Shown in pieces: positions 10,305 to 18,988 of a stretch of 64,000 bases of DNA. The notes under the pieces were generated by a model. That model was not told the origin of the DNA. It saw only the letters and a program-made list of their open reading frames with translations, and did no database searches. Numbering within the stretch: position 1 is the first letter of the stretch; each line of letters begins with the position of its first letter. This stretch comes from an archaeon (GTDB taxonomy: Archaea; Nanobdellota; Nanobdellia; Pacearchaeales; GW2011-AR1). The position numbers and the translations under genes are program-made. The stretch spans positions 163 to 64,162 of the forward strand of contig JBDRJD010000008.1 of NCBI GenBank assembly GCA_043815245.1. The letters are read 5' to 3'.

Positions 10305-10490
10305 AATAAAAATAAGAAAGAAGTGTATAAAAAACTATTTAATATACTTCACAGGTTCTTCATGCCGCACTCTTGAACCATCTTTTTTAGAAGAAGTCCA
10401 GTAGACAATATTTTTGCACATATCCAATCATGTAATTACAGTAATATCAGAGTTTAAAAGATTAATTAGAGCAGAGTAAGTGTTTTTAAT

Positions 10491-10967
10491 TTATTCTACA
10501 TGAAACTCTTCAGGAAGATTATCTGTATATTCTCTAGCTTCTTTTTCGCCTTTTTTAGTAACAAGATAACTTACTGTTTCACAATTTTCATCTACTTTCC
10601 AATAAGATTCTGTCCTTTGATCATTTTCATCACGAACATATTCTAGAACATCTCCAGCATCCTTATTGTAATTTTCTAATGAATGGACACCTTTATATTT
10701 ACCTTGTTTATCAAAGATAACAACATCTCCAATTCCAACATTTTTGCCTCTTACTGAACCTTTTATAATAGTTCTATAAATATGATCGCAACTCCGAGTT
10801 TCATCTTGTATTTTCCCTCTTACTTCTTCTGTTTTAATTTTTTTAGGTCTATCACAGCCATATGTTGGTCCTAGAATCATTGGAAGTGTAGTAAAACCTA
10901 TAATAGCCCACTTTCCAGCTGACACTAGTCCTTCTAGCGCACTTCTTGTTTTGCTTTTTCTTGTCAT
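10491..10967 (-). CDS. Membrane-anchored/lipoprotein-like hypothetical protein
   Basis: 158-aa ORF. The ATG lies one nt after the stop of the upstream metalloprotease gene (TAA-T-ATG). Hydrophobic N-terminus ending ..LGPTYGC. Confidence 0.5.
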   Translation of the reverse strand: MTRKSKTRSALEGLVSAGKWAIIGFTTLPMILGPTYGCDRPKKIKTEEVRGKIQDETRSCDHIYRTIIKGSVRGKNVGIGDVVIFDKQGKYKGVHSLENYNKDAGDVLEYVRDENDQRTESYWKVDENCETVSYLVTKKGEKEAREYTDNLPEEFHVE

Positions 10968-10968
10968 A

Positions 10969-12564
10969 TTATATCATTGTTGTTGCATCTAATAAACCTT
11001 GGTAATCTCTGCTTTCAATCCAGATATCTCCTTGATTAGCAATAACATCTCCACTCATAATACAAAAATATTTTTCTCTTGGAAATACACCAAGTAATTC
11101 TCTTGTATACCCTCTATCTTCATCTATATTTATACGTGCTCCATCTTCTCCTAAACGCACATTCCACCCATTATCTGCTTGCAAACCAAATGGAGGATAA
11201 AGATTATATTCCTCTACTGCCAATCTTAACCCTAATAAATGTCCTGTTTCATGTAGTACTGCTGAAGATCCACATTGTTCTGAAGGATCAACTAAGATAA
11301 CATTTCTAAATGCATGTAACTGAAATCGCCCATATCCACAAGAGATTTCTCTGTTTAAAAGCCAACCAGGTGGAACAACTCCTATGTAATAATCAGCAGG
11401 AGTTTTATCATTCTTAACTTCTTTTTCTAGCTCTATTATTAATTCAGTAGCAAGTCCCTCTTCTGTTCCAGCAAAATTATCCCTACTTTTTTCTTTTGGA
11501 AATTCTTCTGTTCCCCACATATTACCATCAGGAAGAGAATTTGAAGTTACTGGAAAAATATCCAGCATCATCTGATATGCCTCTGAAACATAACCAGAAT
11601 AAACCGCCTTTCCCTCTGGATAAAAATATCTATCCCAATCTCTTTCTGCAGGAGGATGCTCGTTTCCCCACTTGTCTTTAATTCTAATAGGAATATATTC
11701 TATTTTCAGTACATCTCTATCTTCACCATACGAAAAATGTTGCTGCCTTACCTGGAGACCTGTGCCTTGATGTAGATTATTTTCCTCGTCTCCTTCTTCA
11801 AGTAAGTTGTCTGGATCTACAATTGATTTAAATTCATAAATTCCAGCAGGAAGATTAATTCCAAAAAAATTAACAGTATCTTTACCTTGCTTAATTTCAC
11901 TATCTGTATATTCTGCTTTTATATCTGCATTTACAATATCTTCATAGATTAGATTACCAGATTCATAAATCTCAAGTTTAACATCAACATTTTCTTCCTC
12001 TTTACCAGCTAAAATAACTTTAACTCTGGCCATCCCTTCTTTATCCTCAAGCCACCCCCCGTAATTTACAACCTGAACAGGAATTGTTTCTTCAATTGAC
12101 AGATCCTTTTCAGCTGCTAATACAGCGTCAAAATAAGCCATACCCCCATCAGAATGATCAATTAACTTGCATCTAAGTCTATTTGAACCTTCTTGAGTAT
12201 ACTCCTTAGAGATAGTCCTCTTATGAGGGTTCATAGTTTCCGCACATCCTTCATGATAATAACCAAAAATATACTCTCCATTCATCCAACACTCTATATC
12301 ATTATCAATTGCAAAAATTAAAACTAAATCAGCCGGATAATCTAAATCAAAATCATTGTTAATATAAATAGTAGTGCCAGGTGTCCAAAAAGTAGCATAA
12401 GGTTTTAAATTAGTACAAAAAGAACAACACGCACTTGAAGAAGCAACTGGTAGAGCCTTATTCCAAGTCCCAATTTCTTCTTTATCAGTATTAATAGCCA
12501 TCACCCCGGGCAGTATCAGTAAAACCGCAGCTAAAAATAAAAAAACTGCTTTTTCCCCAGTCAT
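10969..12564 (-). CDS. Secreted CARDB-domain zinc metalloprotease (HExxH)
   Basis: 531 aa. Signal peptide AVFLFLAAVLLILPGVMA. CARDB-like segment ending SIVDPDNLLEEGDEENN. Zinc motif SSAVLHETGHLLGL..VEEY in the C-terminal third. Confidence 0.7.
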   Translation of the reverse strand: MTGEKAVFLFLAAVLLILPGVMAINTDKEEIGTWNKALPVASSSACCSFCTNLKPYATFWTPGTTIYINNDFDLDYPADLVLIFAIDNDIECWMNGEYIFGYYHEGCAETMNPHKRTISKEYTQEGSNRLRCKLIDHSDGGMAYFDAVLAAEKDLSIEETIPVQVVNYGGWLEDKEGMARVKVILAGKEEENVDVKLEIYESGNLIYEDIVNADIKAEYTDSEIKQGKDTVNFFGINLPAGIYEFKSIVDPDNLLEEGDEENNLHQGTGLQVRQQHFSYGEDRDVLKIEYIPIRIKDKWGNEHPPAERDWDRYFYPEGKAVYSGYVSEAYQMMLDIFPVTSNSLPDGNMWGTEEFPKEKSRDNFAGTEEGLATELIIELEKEVKNDKTPADYYIGVVPPGWLLNREISCGYGRFQLHAFRNVILVDPSEQCGSSAVLHETGHLLGLRLAVEEYNLYPPFGLQADNGWNVRLGEDGARINIDEDRGYTRELLGVFPREKYFCIMSGDVIANQGDIWIESRDYQGLLDATTMI

Positions 12565-12639
12565 CTGAAGTTAAATCGGCTGGAGGATATATACTTTACA
12601 CACTAACAATATATACTGTATAGAGAATAAGGTTATTAA

Positions 12640-12921
12640 CTAAATTCCTCTTTCCAAGGCTCTAATTGCCGTTTCTACATCTGGAAAAAACTCAACTCTC
12701 CCAGCAGCAATATCTGCATCTGCAACTCTTTCTCCAAAATCATAACCCCTAGAGTCTAAAGGCTTAATCTGAATGCCCCAAAAACCTTCAGATGCCTCTT
12801 CCCCCCTGCTTCCGATTCCACGTACAGCTCCTTCCTGACAAGCATTCCTAAGGTTACAAGTTAATCTAACAGTACAAGAATTATAATCCGGAAGCACGTA
12901 AGCGGGACATATAGCTATCAT
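12640..12921 (-). CDS. Hypothetical small protein
   Basis: The track start is an alternative TTG; the ATG is at 12921. A TTTAAA box is centred about 26 nt upstream. No recognisable motif. Confidence 0.4.
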   Translation of the reverse strand: MIAICPAYVLPDYNSCTVRLTCNLRNACQEGAVRGIGSRGEEASEGFWGIQIKPLDSRGYDFGERVADADIAAGRVEFFPDVETAIRALERGI

Positions 12922-12944
12922 CAAAATCAGATAAATTAGAAATA

Positions 12945-12960
12945 TTTAAACCTTGCGATT
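12945..12960. repeat. 16-nt direct repeat, copy 1 (tttaaaccttgcgatt)
   Basis: Exact match to 14650-14665. Both copies are preceded by agaaat a few nt upstream. This copy overlaps the stop codon of the LOG-like gene. Confidence 0.8.
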
Positions 12961-13674
12961 TTTTAAAACTGCTTTTAAAGCAATTATCATATCAGTATGC
13001 CCATCTACCGCTTTTATTAATTCCCTATCAACTTCCTCAAAATTTATCCCAAACTTTGCCAGTTTAGCTTTTTCTTTTTCTGGAAGTTTTCCTTGTTTTA
13101 TTAAAGTTAAATCCCTAGCCCCACCACCACTATACCACAATGAGATGACCGGTGTGCCTTGCTTCATAGCCTGATAAGATTCATCTAAAGTTCCAAATCC
13201 ACCATTAACTGCAACTAAAACATCTGCCACTCTTCCAACATACTCTCTTCTCTCAGTCATATCTTTCCCAGCCCTCACAACCTCAAGTTCATTTCCACAT
13301 TTCTTAGCAATATCAAAATACTCTTTTGGAGGCTGATACTCAGTCAAAACAGGACCAGTTAAAAAATCAGATACGCTTGCCTTCTGAGCAACTAATTCCG
13401 GAACTAAAACAAAAAACTTATCAGCATTAAAGGATTTTAAAAATCTTTTTTCTAAAAAAGCAGCAACTCCATCATACACATCTACCCCCACCCCTTCAAC
13501 ACCACCAGTAAAAATGACTCCAGGGTTCCATCTTAAGTATTTTCTTAAACTAGAGCCCACTAACATACCAGTTGCCTTCCTATATTCCGGACTAGGGCGA
13601 GTCGCGCCTATAACTCCAATTAAAGGCTCTCCTTGTTCTGCTCTTATTTTTTGAACTAAACCGTTTTCTACCAT
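12946..13674 (-). CDS. LOG/SLOG-type Rossmann-fold nucleotide-binding protein (TIGR00725-like)
   Basis: I prefer the ATG at 13674 (MVENG..), one nt after the TAA of the upstream gene. N-terminal IGVIGATR.. glycine-rich strand. LOG-type motif VAVNGGFGTLDE (compare PGGxGTxxE). Confidence 0.6.
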   Translation of the reverse strand: MVENGLVQKIRAEQGEPLIGVIGATRPSPEYRKATGMLVGSSLRKYLRWNPGVIFTGGVEGVGVDVYDGVAAFLEKRFLKSFNADKFFVLVPELVAQKASVSDFLTGPVLTEYQPPKEYFDIAKKCGNELEVVRAGKDMTERREYVGRVADVLVAVNGGFGTLDESYQAMKQGTPVISLWYSGGGARDLTLIKQGKLPEKEKAKLAKFGINFEEVDRELIKAVDGHTDMIIALKAVLKNRKV

Positions 13675-13675
13675 T

Positions 13676-14611
13676 TTATCCCTCCGGAAGAGTATACATC
13701 TGAAATTTTCTTGCATTTACTTTACAAGTAAGGCTACTTCTATTATTCCCCGTATTATTAATTGAAACTCCAGCAATTTCAGCCGGTCCAAACTCCTTAG
13801 CTCTCCTCATTACTTTCCCTAAAGACGTCCCAGTACAAACATAATCTTCAACACATAACAAATTTAATCCTTCCAAATCTTGCTTAAACCTGTCTACATG
13901 CGCCTCAACTATTCTTGGCGCATCATCCCCCCGCCTATAAGATCTTCTTATAAAACCAAACTCAACTCCCAAAATTCCAGCAAGAGGCATAACGATTTCA
14001 GCACTACCACAAGCACACCCCATTATAAAGTCTGGCATTTCCATTTTACCATCCAAAGCATAATCCACTACCTGCCGCATAAATAAAACAATGTGAGAAG
14101 GGTAGATATGATTATAATCCACATTTTTAAACTTAGGTCTAAACCCTACATCATGTAAATTATCCATCTCTTCTCCTAATTCTTTTGCGCCCTCTCTTAA
14201 AATCTCCACATTAGGCTCTCCTAAATAACACCCAGTAAGAAACTCTCTACCAATTTCACAAACCTTATCTAAAGCTCTAACAGCAACGTCTGCCTGCCCA
14301 TCATGAAAATCTCTCCTAATTAAAGCATCATACAATGGCTGAAATCCAAAATACAAAATGTTCCTAGCTTTATCTGGGTCCCTCACAGAACTAGCAGCTG
14401 TGGCCCATTGAGAAAAAGTACCAAAGTGAACATCCCCCACAGTATAACTATCCGCCTCACTTAAGTCCACCTCATCTAATCTTTTCCTAACTTCTTCAAT
14501 CCCCCCTAATGGAATTACCCTACTTGGAGAAGTTCCACTATTTTCCAATACTTCAGTACCTTTTAATGAGCCACTCTCTCCCAGATAGCTTCTTAGTCTA
14601 TCAAGAACCAT
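13676..14611 (-). CDS. Phosphoribosyltransferase-domain protein with an unknown ~170-aa N-terminal domain
   Basis: 311 aa. C-terminal type-I PRT PRPP-binding signature LLCVEDYVCTGTSLGKV. The N-terminal domain is unrecognised. Confidence 0.6.
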   Translation of the reverse strand: MVLDRLRSYLGESGSLKGTEVLENSGTSPSRVIPLGGIEEVRKRLDEVDLSEADSYTVGDVHFGTFSQWATAASSVRDPDKARNILYFGFQPLYDALIRRDFHDGQADVAVRALDKVCEIGREFLTGCYLGEPNVEILREGAKELGEEMDNLHDVGFRPKFKNVDYNHIYPSHIVLFMRQVVDYALDGKMEMPDFIMGCACGSAEIVMPLAGILGVEFGFIRRSYRRGDDAPRIVEAHVDRFKQDLEGLNLLCVEDYVCTGTSLGKVMRRAKEFGPAEIAGVSINNTGNNRSSLTCKVNARKFQMYTLPEG

Positions 14612-14649
14612 TTTGCTGGACCTGTTTAAAAAGGTAAAAAGAAATGGTT

Positions 14650-14665
14650 TTTAAACCTTGCGATT
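14650..14665. repeat. 16-nt direct repeat, copy 2 (tttaaaccttgcgatt)
   Basis: Exact match to 12945-12960. It lies in the 52-nt spacer between the propeller gene stop (14664) and the PRTase start (14611). Confidence 0.8.
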
Positions 14666-16919
14666 AGTAGTATCTAGGGAAAACATTTGTTCCAGCAGGA
14701 AGCTCTACACTTGAAATCTCATCTAAATCATCTAAGTCATTAGCCATAATCATTGCATTTGAAAAAGTATATAACACATCATCCATATACAAACTTCTCT
14801 GTACATTTTTATCTCCGTAAAAGTAATATCCACTTTTCTCAAATATCTCCTGATCAGTATAATGCGTTACTCTTCCTTTTAATTCAAATCCATCTTCTAA
14901 ATTAAGATTGTACACATAAGCTCCTTGATATACATACCCTCCATATTGGTTGTCAGCGGTTTTTTCTCCTTTAATTTCAGCTAGTAAAATAGGGAGCACT
15001 AAGAGCTCCTTTTCCCTGTCAAATAAAAATGCCTTATGATCATATAACGCATCTGAATCAGTTCCTCTATCTCCAATTACAACCTTATGCAACTCTGCCG
15101 GATTTTCTACATCTGAAACATCAAATAGGGCCATCTTCACACCTTGATACCACGCAAAATCCAACTGCCTCCTATCCTTTAAATCCTCCCCAGCATCAAC
15201 CGCTTCCTTACCAATTCCTATAATATGGTTCTCATCATACGGGTGCAAATAATCTGAATATCCTGGAATTTTTAGCTTTCCTAACACTCTTGGATCTTCA
15301 GGATCTCCCAAGTCAATCACAAAAAGCGGATCAACTTTCTTAAAAGTCACAACATACCCTCTCTCGCCCATAAATCTCACTGAGAAAATTTTTTCTCCAG
15401 GAGCAAGATCTTCTAACTCTCCAATTAATTCCAAATCTTCATCTAACACATAGACATTATTTTTTGAAATACCCTCCTCACGCCCCCATAAACTACCAGA
15501 AGTGGTGGCAATCCTAAAATTCTCATCGTACTCATCCATTGAAAACTGATTAAGAATATGTCCTTTTACTTCTCCAGAAGCAACATAATTTATCTCATCT
15601 TTATCAATAGATATCTTATGAATTATAGTAGACTCTTCATCCATATTCAGAGCATCTTCATACCAGCTAGCATACTGCGTATAAGTAGTGTATATATTAT
15701 CTTTAGAAACATAAATATTCTGAGTCATTCCATTTAACACTGCTTTTTCATTAGTATTCCCATTATTTACATTTACACTGAGAATAATAGTATACTGGAA
15801 GTTGTAATCCTTAATATCAGTATAATAAATCTCAGTTGGTTCAATTATGTCTACTTCTCCGTTCTTTTCAACTGAAGGCAGAACCGGTTCTTCTGAAACA
15901 TACTGATTAGCAATAACATAAACATAATTTCCAATCATTCTAGAATCAAAGTAATCTCCTGTAACCGACACCTGGTCTTCTAACTCCGGATCTTCTCTAT
16001 CTGAAATATCATATATGCTAACTAAAGTCCTGGACTCCCGATAGTAAGGGGGGACCACACAACCTATAGCCATACACCTTTCTGCAGGGTAAGGTACAGC
16101 AGTATAATCAATTGAAAACACGATTAATTTATCATCATTTATAAATATCTCTCTAACAGCACTGTCATTAAATTCAATTTCTGACAATATCTCCATGTCA
16201 TCAGCAGGATAAGCATTAATTATTATCACCTTACTTCCAGACACAACATAAATATACTTTCCATCATTCTTGATAATATCCGGTTCATCTACTCCTTCCA
16301 CTTGGATATTTGTAGTTGAATACTCTGAGGCTGAACTTGAATCTACAGCCTTAGCAGCCCCTGCACCAGCAGCAGCTGAAAAAGTTTCCTCCATAATTCC
16401 ATAGCCTCTTGAACTTAAAGTATTATCTTCTATATATTTTTTCATTTCAGCTAAAGAAGTGAACACATTAAGGTTATCAATTTCCTCTATTGGCTCGGTT
16501 GGACCCACAATGGGTAATTGGTCTTGAGGAACCCATAAAGCTAATAAAATGATTATAACAGCGGCCATTGCAGCTATTAAAGGAAGAATTGCTTTTAGAG
16601 AGGTCATACTTGGCCTAGTAGACCTAGGAGAGATAACTATATGCTTTTTAGCCAGCTTGTATAAATCAATTTTCTTCCCTTTTCTACTCCAGAAAAAGTT
16701 CTTTGCTTTTTCTACCAAACCAGAATCAAGCAATTTTTTAAGATTATATTCAACAGTATTAATTGGGATTCCTAATGCTTCAGAAATTTCCTTTTCACTC
16801 TTTTCCGTATTGTCTGCAAGGTAATCTAAAATCTTCTTGCAAGTCTTATTGCCGATGACTTCCGCTATCTTCTTACTTCTTTCATCATCCATCCCCATAA
16901 GGATAAATTTGTCGTCCAT
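14664..16919 (-). CDS. ArsR-type wHTH, TM helix and extracytoplasmic beta-propeller fusion protein (COG4880/Beta_propel-like)
   Basis: 751 aa. wHTH KKILDYLADNTEKSEKEISEALGIPINTVEYNLKKLLDSGLV. TM helix ILPLIAAMAAVIIILLALWV. Propeller-family signature STTNIQVEGVDEPDIIKNDGKYIYVVSG. Confidence 0.7.
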   Translation of the reverse strand: MDDKFILMGMDDERSKKIAEVIGNKTCKKILDYLADNTEKSEKEISEALGIPINTVEYNLKKLLDSGLVEKAKNFFWSRKGKKIDLYKLAKKHIVISPRSTRPSMTSLKAILPLIAAMAAVIIILLALWVPQDQLPIVGPTEPIEEIDNLNVFTSLAEMKKYIEDNTLSSRGYGIMEETFSAAAGAGAAKAVDSSSASEYSTTNIQVEGVDEPDIIKNDGKYIYVVSGSKVIIINAYPADDMEILSEIEFNDSAVREIFINDDKLIVFSIDYTAVPYPAERCMAIGCVVPPYYRESRTLVSIYDISDREDPELEDQVSVTGDYFDSRMIGNYVYVIANQYVSEEPVLPSVEKNGEVDIIEPTEIYYTDIKDYNFQYTIILSVNVNNGNTNEKAVLNGMTQNIYVSKDNIYTTYTQYASWYEDALNMDEESTIIHKISIDKDEINYVASGEVKGHILNQFSMDEYDENFRIATTSGSLWGREEGISKNNVYVLDEDLELIGELEDLAPGEKIFSVRFMGERGYVVTFKKVDPLFVIDLGDPEDPRVLGKLKIPGYSDYLHPYDENHIIGIGKEAVDAGEDLKDRRQLDFAWYQGVKMALFDVSDVENPAELHKVVIGDRGTDSDALYDHKAFLFDREKELLVLPILLAEIKGEKTADNQYGGYVYQGAYVYNLNLEDGFELKGRVTHYTDQEIFEKSGYYFYGDKNVQRSLYMDDVLYTFSNAMIMANDLDDLDEISSVELPAGTNVFPRYY

Positions 16920-16977
16920 ATTTTGTCTAAGAAAACCCCCTTTATAAACAACTCGAAGAGTTCAAGGCTGTTTGAAG

Positions 16978-17529
16978 TCAACCTCCACAAAGAGTTCTAC
17001 AATTAGTACAATCACCAGTATTAAAATTACTCCACGCACCATTACTCTGGCACCTTGCGTTTACAGTCGTAGCAGCACAATGACATACTGTTCCCACTTG
17101 ACATTCTGCTCCAGTAGTATAAGTAAGACTCCCCCAAGTACAAACTGCAGCAGAAGGTATACTCACACAAACAGGGTTTCCACCTGAACTTAAATCAAAA
17201 GACCTAATTGCCTGTCCACTTGCACAATCTTTAGTAGCGTCAGTTAAACTTAACGTCACATCTCCACTAGTCCCTCCTCCCGCCAAACCATTTCCGGCAG
17301 CTACTCCAGTAATATCTCCAGTAGCTCCACTTCCTCCACTAAGCTCACCTGCATCAATTGCATCTTGCAATGATTTAAGATTCCCCCCTATATTCACCTC
17401 CACCTGATCGCTCGCATGAAAAGGTTCATTATAATTAAGAGCGTAAACAGCCATTGAAATAGAAACTAGAAAAAGCAGACTAAGCAGGGTATACAAAACT
17501 TTGTTTGAAAGTTTTATTTGAATCACCAT
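16978..17529 (-). CDS. Small secreted Cys-rich protein, paralog 1 of a 3-member family with a conserved pilin-like leader
   Basis: 183 aa. Leader MVIQIKLSNKVLYTLLSLLFLVSISMAVYA is shared with 39579-40073 and 46220-46612. Contains GDITGVAAGNGLAGGGTSGDVTLSL and 10 Cys in the C-terminal part. Confidence 0.65.
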   Translation of the reverse strand: MVIQIKLSNKVLYTLLSLLFLVSISMAVYALNYNEPFHASDQVEVNIGGNLKSLQDAIDAGELSGGSGATGDITGVAAGNGLAGGGTSGDVTLSLTDATKDCASGQAIRSFDLSSGGNPVCVSIPSAAVCTWGSLTYTTGAECQVGTVCHCAATTVNARCQSNGAWSNFNTGDCTNCRTLCGG

Positions 17530-17608
17530 CTTTAATAGTTTATAATAACCCCTACTATTCTTAAAGCTTTCTAATAAAGCTTAAAAACAAAGCATTACTA
17601 ACTAGATT

Positions 17609-18988
17609 ATGGAAGACATAAAAATAGGTTTAGAAGTTCACGGTTACTTGCAAACAAAAGAAAAGCTATTTTGTAGATGCAAGGCTTCTCGCCATTTAAA
17701 AAAAGCGGCAGTAAAGCACAATACTTATGTCTGCCCCATCTGCACCGGACAACCAGGAAGCAAACCCCTGGCTCCAAATACAGAAGCAATAAAAAAAATA
17801 ATTCAAATTGCCTTGATGCTGAATTGTAAAATTAATTCACAAGTTAAATGGCAGCGTAAACACTATGACTGGCCAGACCTTCCAAAAGGTTACCAGGACA
17901 CAATTTCGGGTAGCTACTCAGTTCCTGTTGGAGAAAGAGGAAACTTTGGAAAAGTAGGGATTATTCAGACACATTTAGAAGAAGATCCGGCAGCATGGAA
18001 TCCTGAAACAGGCTGTATTGATTACAATAGGAGCGGTCTTCCATTAGTAGAGATAGTCACCTCTCCAGATTTTAAATCGGCGGAACAAGTTGAAGCCTGG
18101 CTAAAAAAATTAGTCCTCACTCTTTCATATATAAAAGCCTTGGATAAAAACGCGGGAATAAAAGTAGATGTAAATATTTCAATAGGAGAAAAAGCGGGGG
18201 GGAAACGCGTAGAAGTAAAAAACATGTCCAGTACAGTTAATATAAAAAAGGCCATTGAATACGAGATTTCCAGACAAAGAAAAGAAAAAACATCAAGAGA
18301 AACGCGCAGATTTGACGATCGCTCAGGAAAAACATCTAAGATGCGTGAAAAGGAAGAGGCAGCAGACTATCGATTCATCCCAGACCCTGACCTCCCAATT
18401 TTAAAGATATCCTCAAAAAGAGTATCTGGAATAAAATCAAAGCTCCCAGAAACACCAGTTGAAAAACTGCAAAAGCTAATAAAAAAACATAAAATAGATA
18501 AAAAATCAGCTGAGATACTATATGCTAATTTTGAATTAGTAGAGTTTTTTGAAAAAGTTGTAGAAAAAGTCCAGCCCAGATTCGCTCTTGATTGGGTAAC
18601 AATCGAACTCCTAAGAGTACTAAATTATAATAAAGCTTTTTTAGAAGATACAGAAATAAAAGCAGAGCATTTTATTGAGTTATTAGAAGCGGTTAAGCAA
18701 GGGAAACTAACAGAACTAAAAGCAAAAAGAATACTGAATGAATTTTTTCCAAAAAGTTTTTCTATTAAAAATAAACTAAAATCAGAATCTAGAATAACTT
18801 CAGAAAAGGAAATTGAGAGAATCTGCTTATCAGTTATAAATAAAAATAAGGATGTAGTTCAAGATTTCAGAGAAGGTAAAAAGGAAGCTTTTAATTTTTT
18901 AATTGGAGAAATAATGAAAGCTTCCAATAGAAGAGCAGATTTTCAGATTGCAAGGAAAGTTTTAGAAAGACTTTTAAAAACTAACTAG
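17609..18988 (+). CDS. gatB: GatB/GatE-family aminoacyl-tRNA amidotransferase subunit, GatB-like in length and motifs
   Basis: 459 aa. IGLEVHGYLQTKEKLFCRC, CPICTGQPGSKP, RKHYDWPDLPKGYQDT (GatB-style rather than the GatE DGSNTSGFQRT), HLEEDPA, DYRFIPDPDLP, and a YqeY-like tail. Confidence 0.75.
   Translation: MEDIKIGLEVHGYLQTKEKLFCRCKASRHLKKAAVKHNTYVCPICTGQPGSKPLAPNTEAIKKIIQIALMLNCKINSQVKWQRKHYDWPDLPKGYQDTISGSYSVPVGERGNFGKVGIIQTHLEEDPAAWNPETGCIDYNRSGLPLVEIVTSPDFKSAEQVEAWLKKLVLTLSYIKALDKNAGIKVDVNISIGEKAGGKRVEVKNMSSTVNIKKAIEYEISRQRKEKTSRETRRFDDRSGKTSKMREKEEAADYRFIPDPDLPILKISSKRVSGIKSKLPETPVEKLQKLIKKHKIDKKSAEILYANFELVEFFEKVVEKVQPRFALDWVTIELLRVLNYNKAFLEDTEIKAEHFIELLEAVKQGKLTELKAKRILNEFFPKSFSIKNKLKSESRITSEKEIERICLSVINKNKDVVQDFREGKKEAFNFLIGEIMKASNRRADFQIARKVLERLLKTN

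Noticed and set aside
10335-10421. 28-aa minus-strand ORF (MCKNIVYWTSSKKDGSRVRHEEPVKYIK) in the 186-nt spacer upstream of gatD
   Set aside because: It is too short, has no recognisable motif and has no clear ribosome-binding or promoter signal. It cannot be supported from sequence alone.
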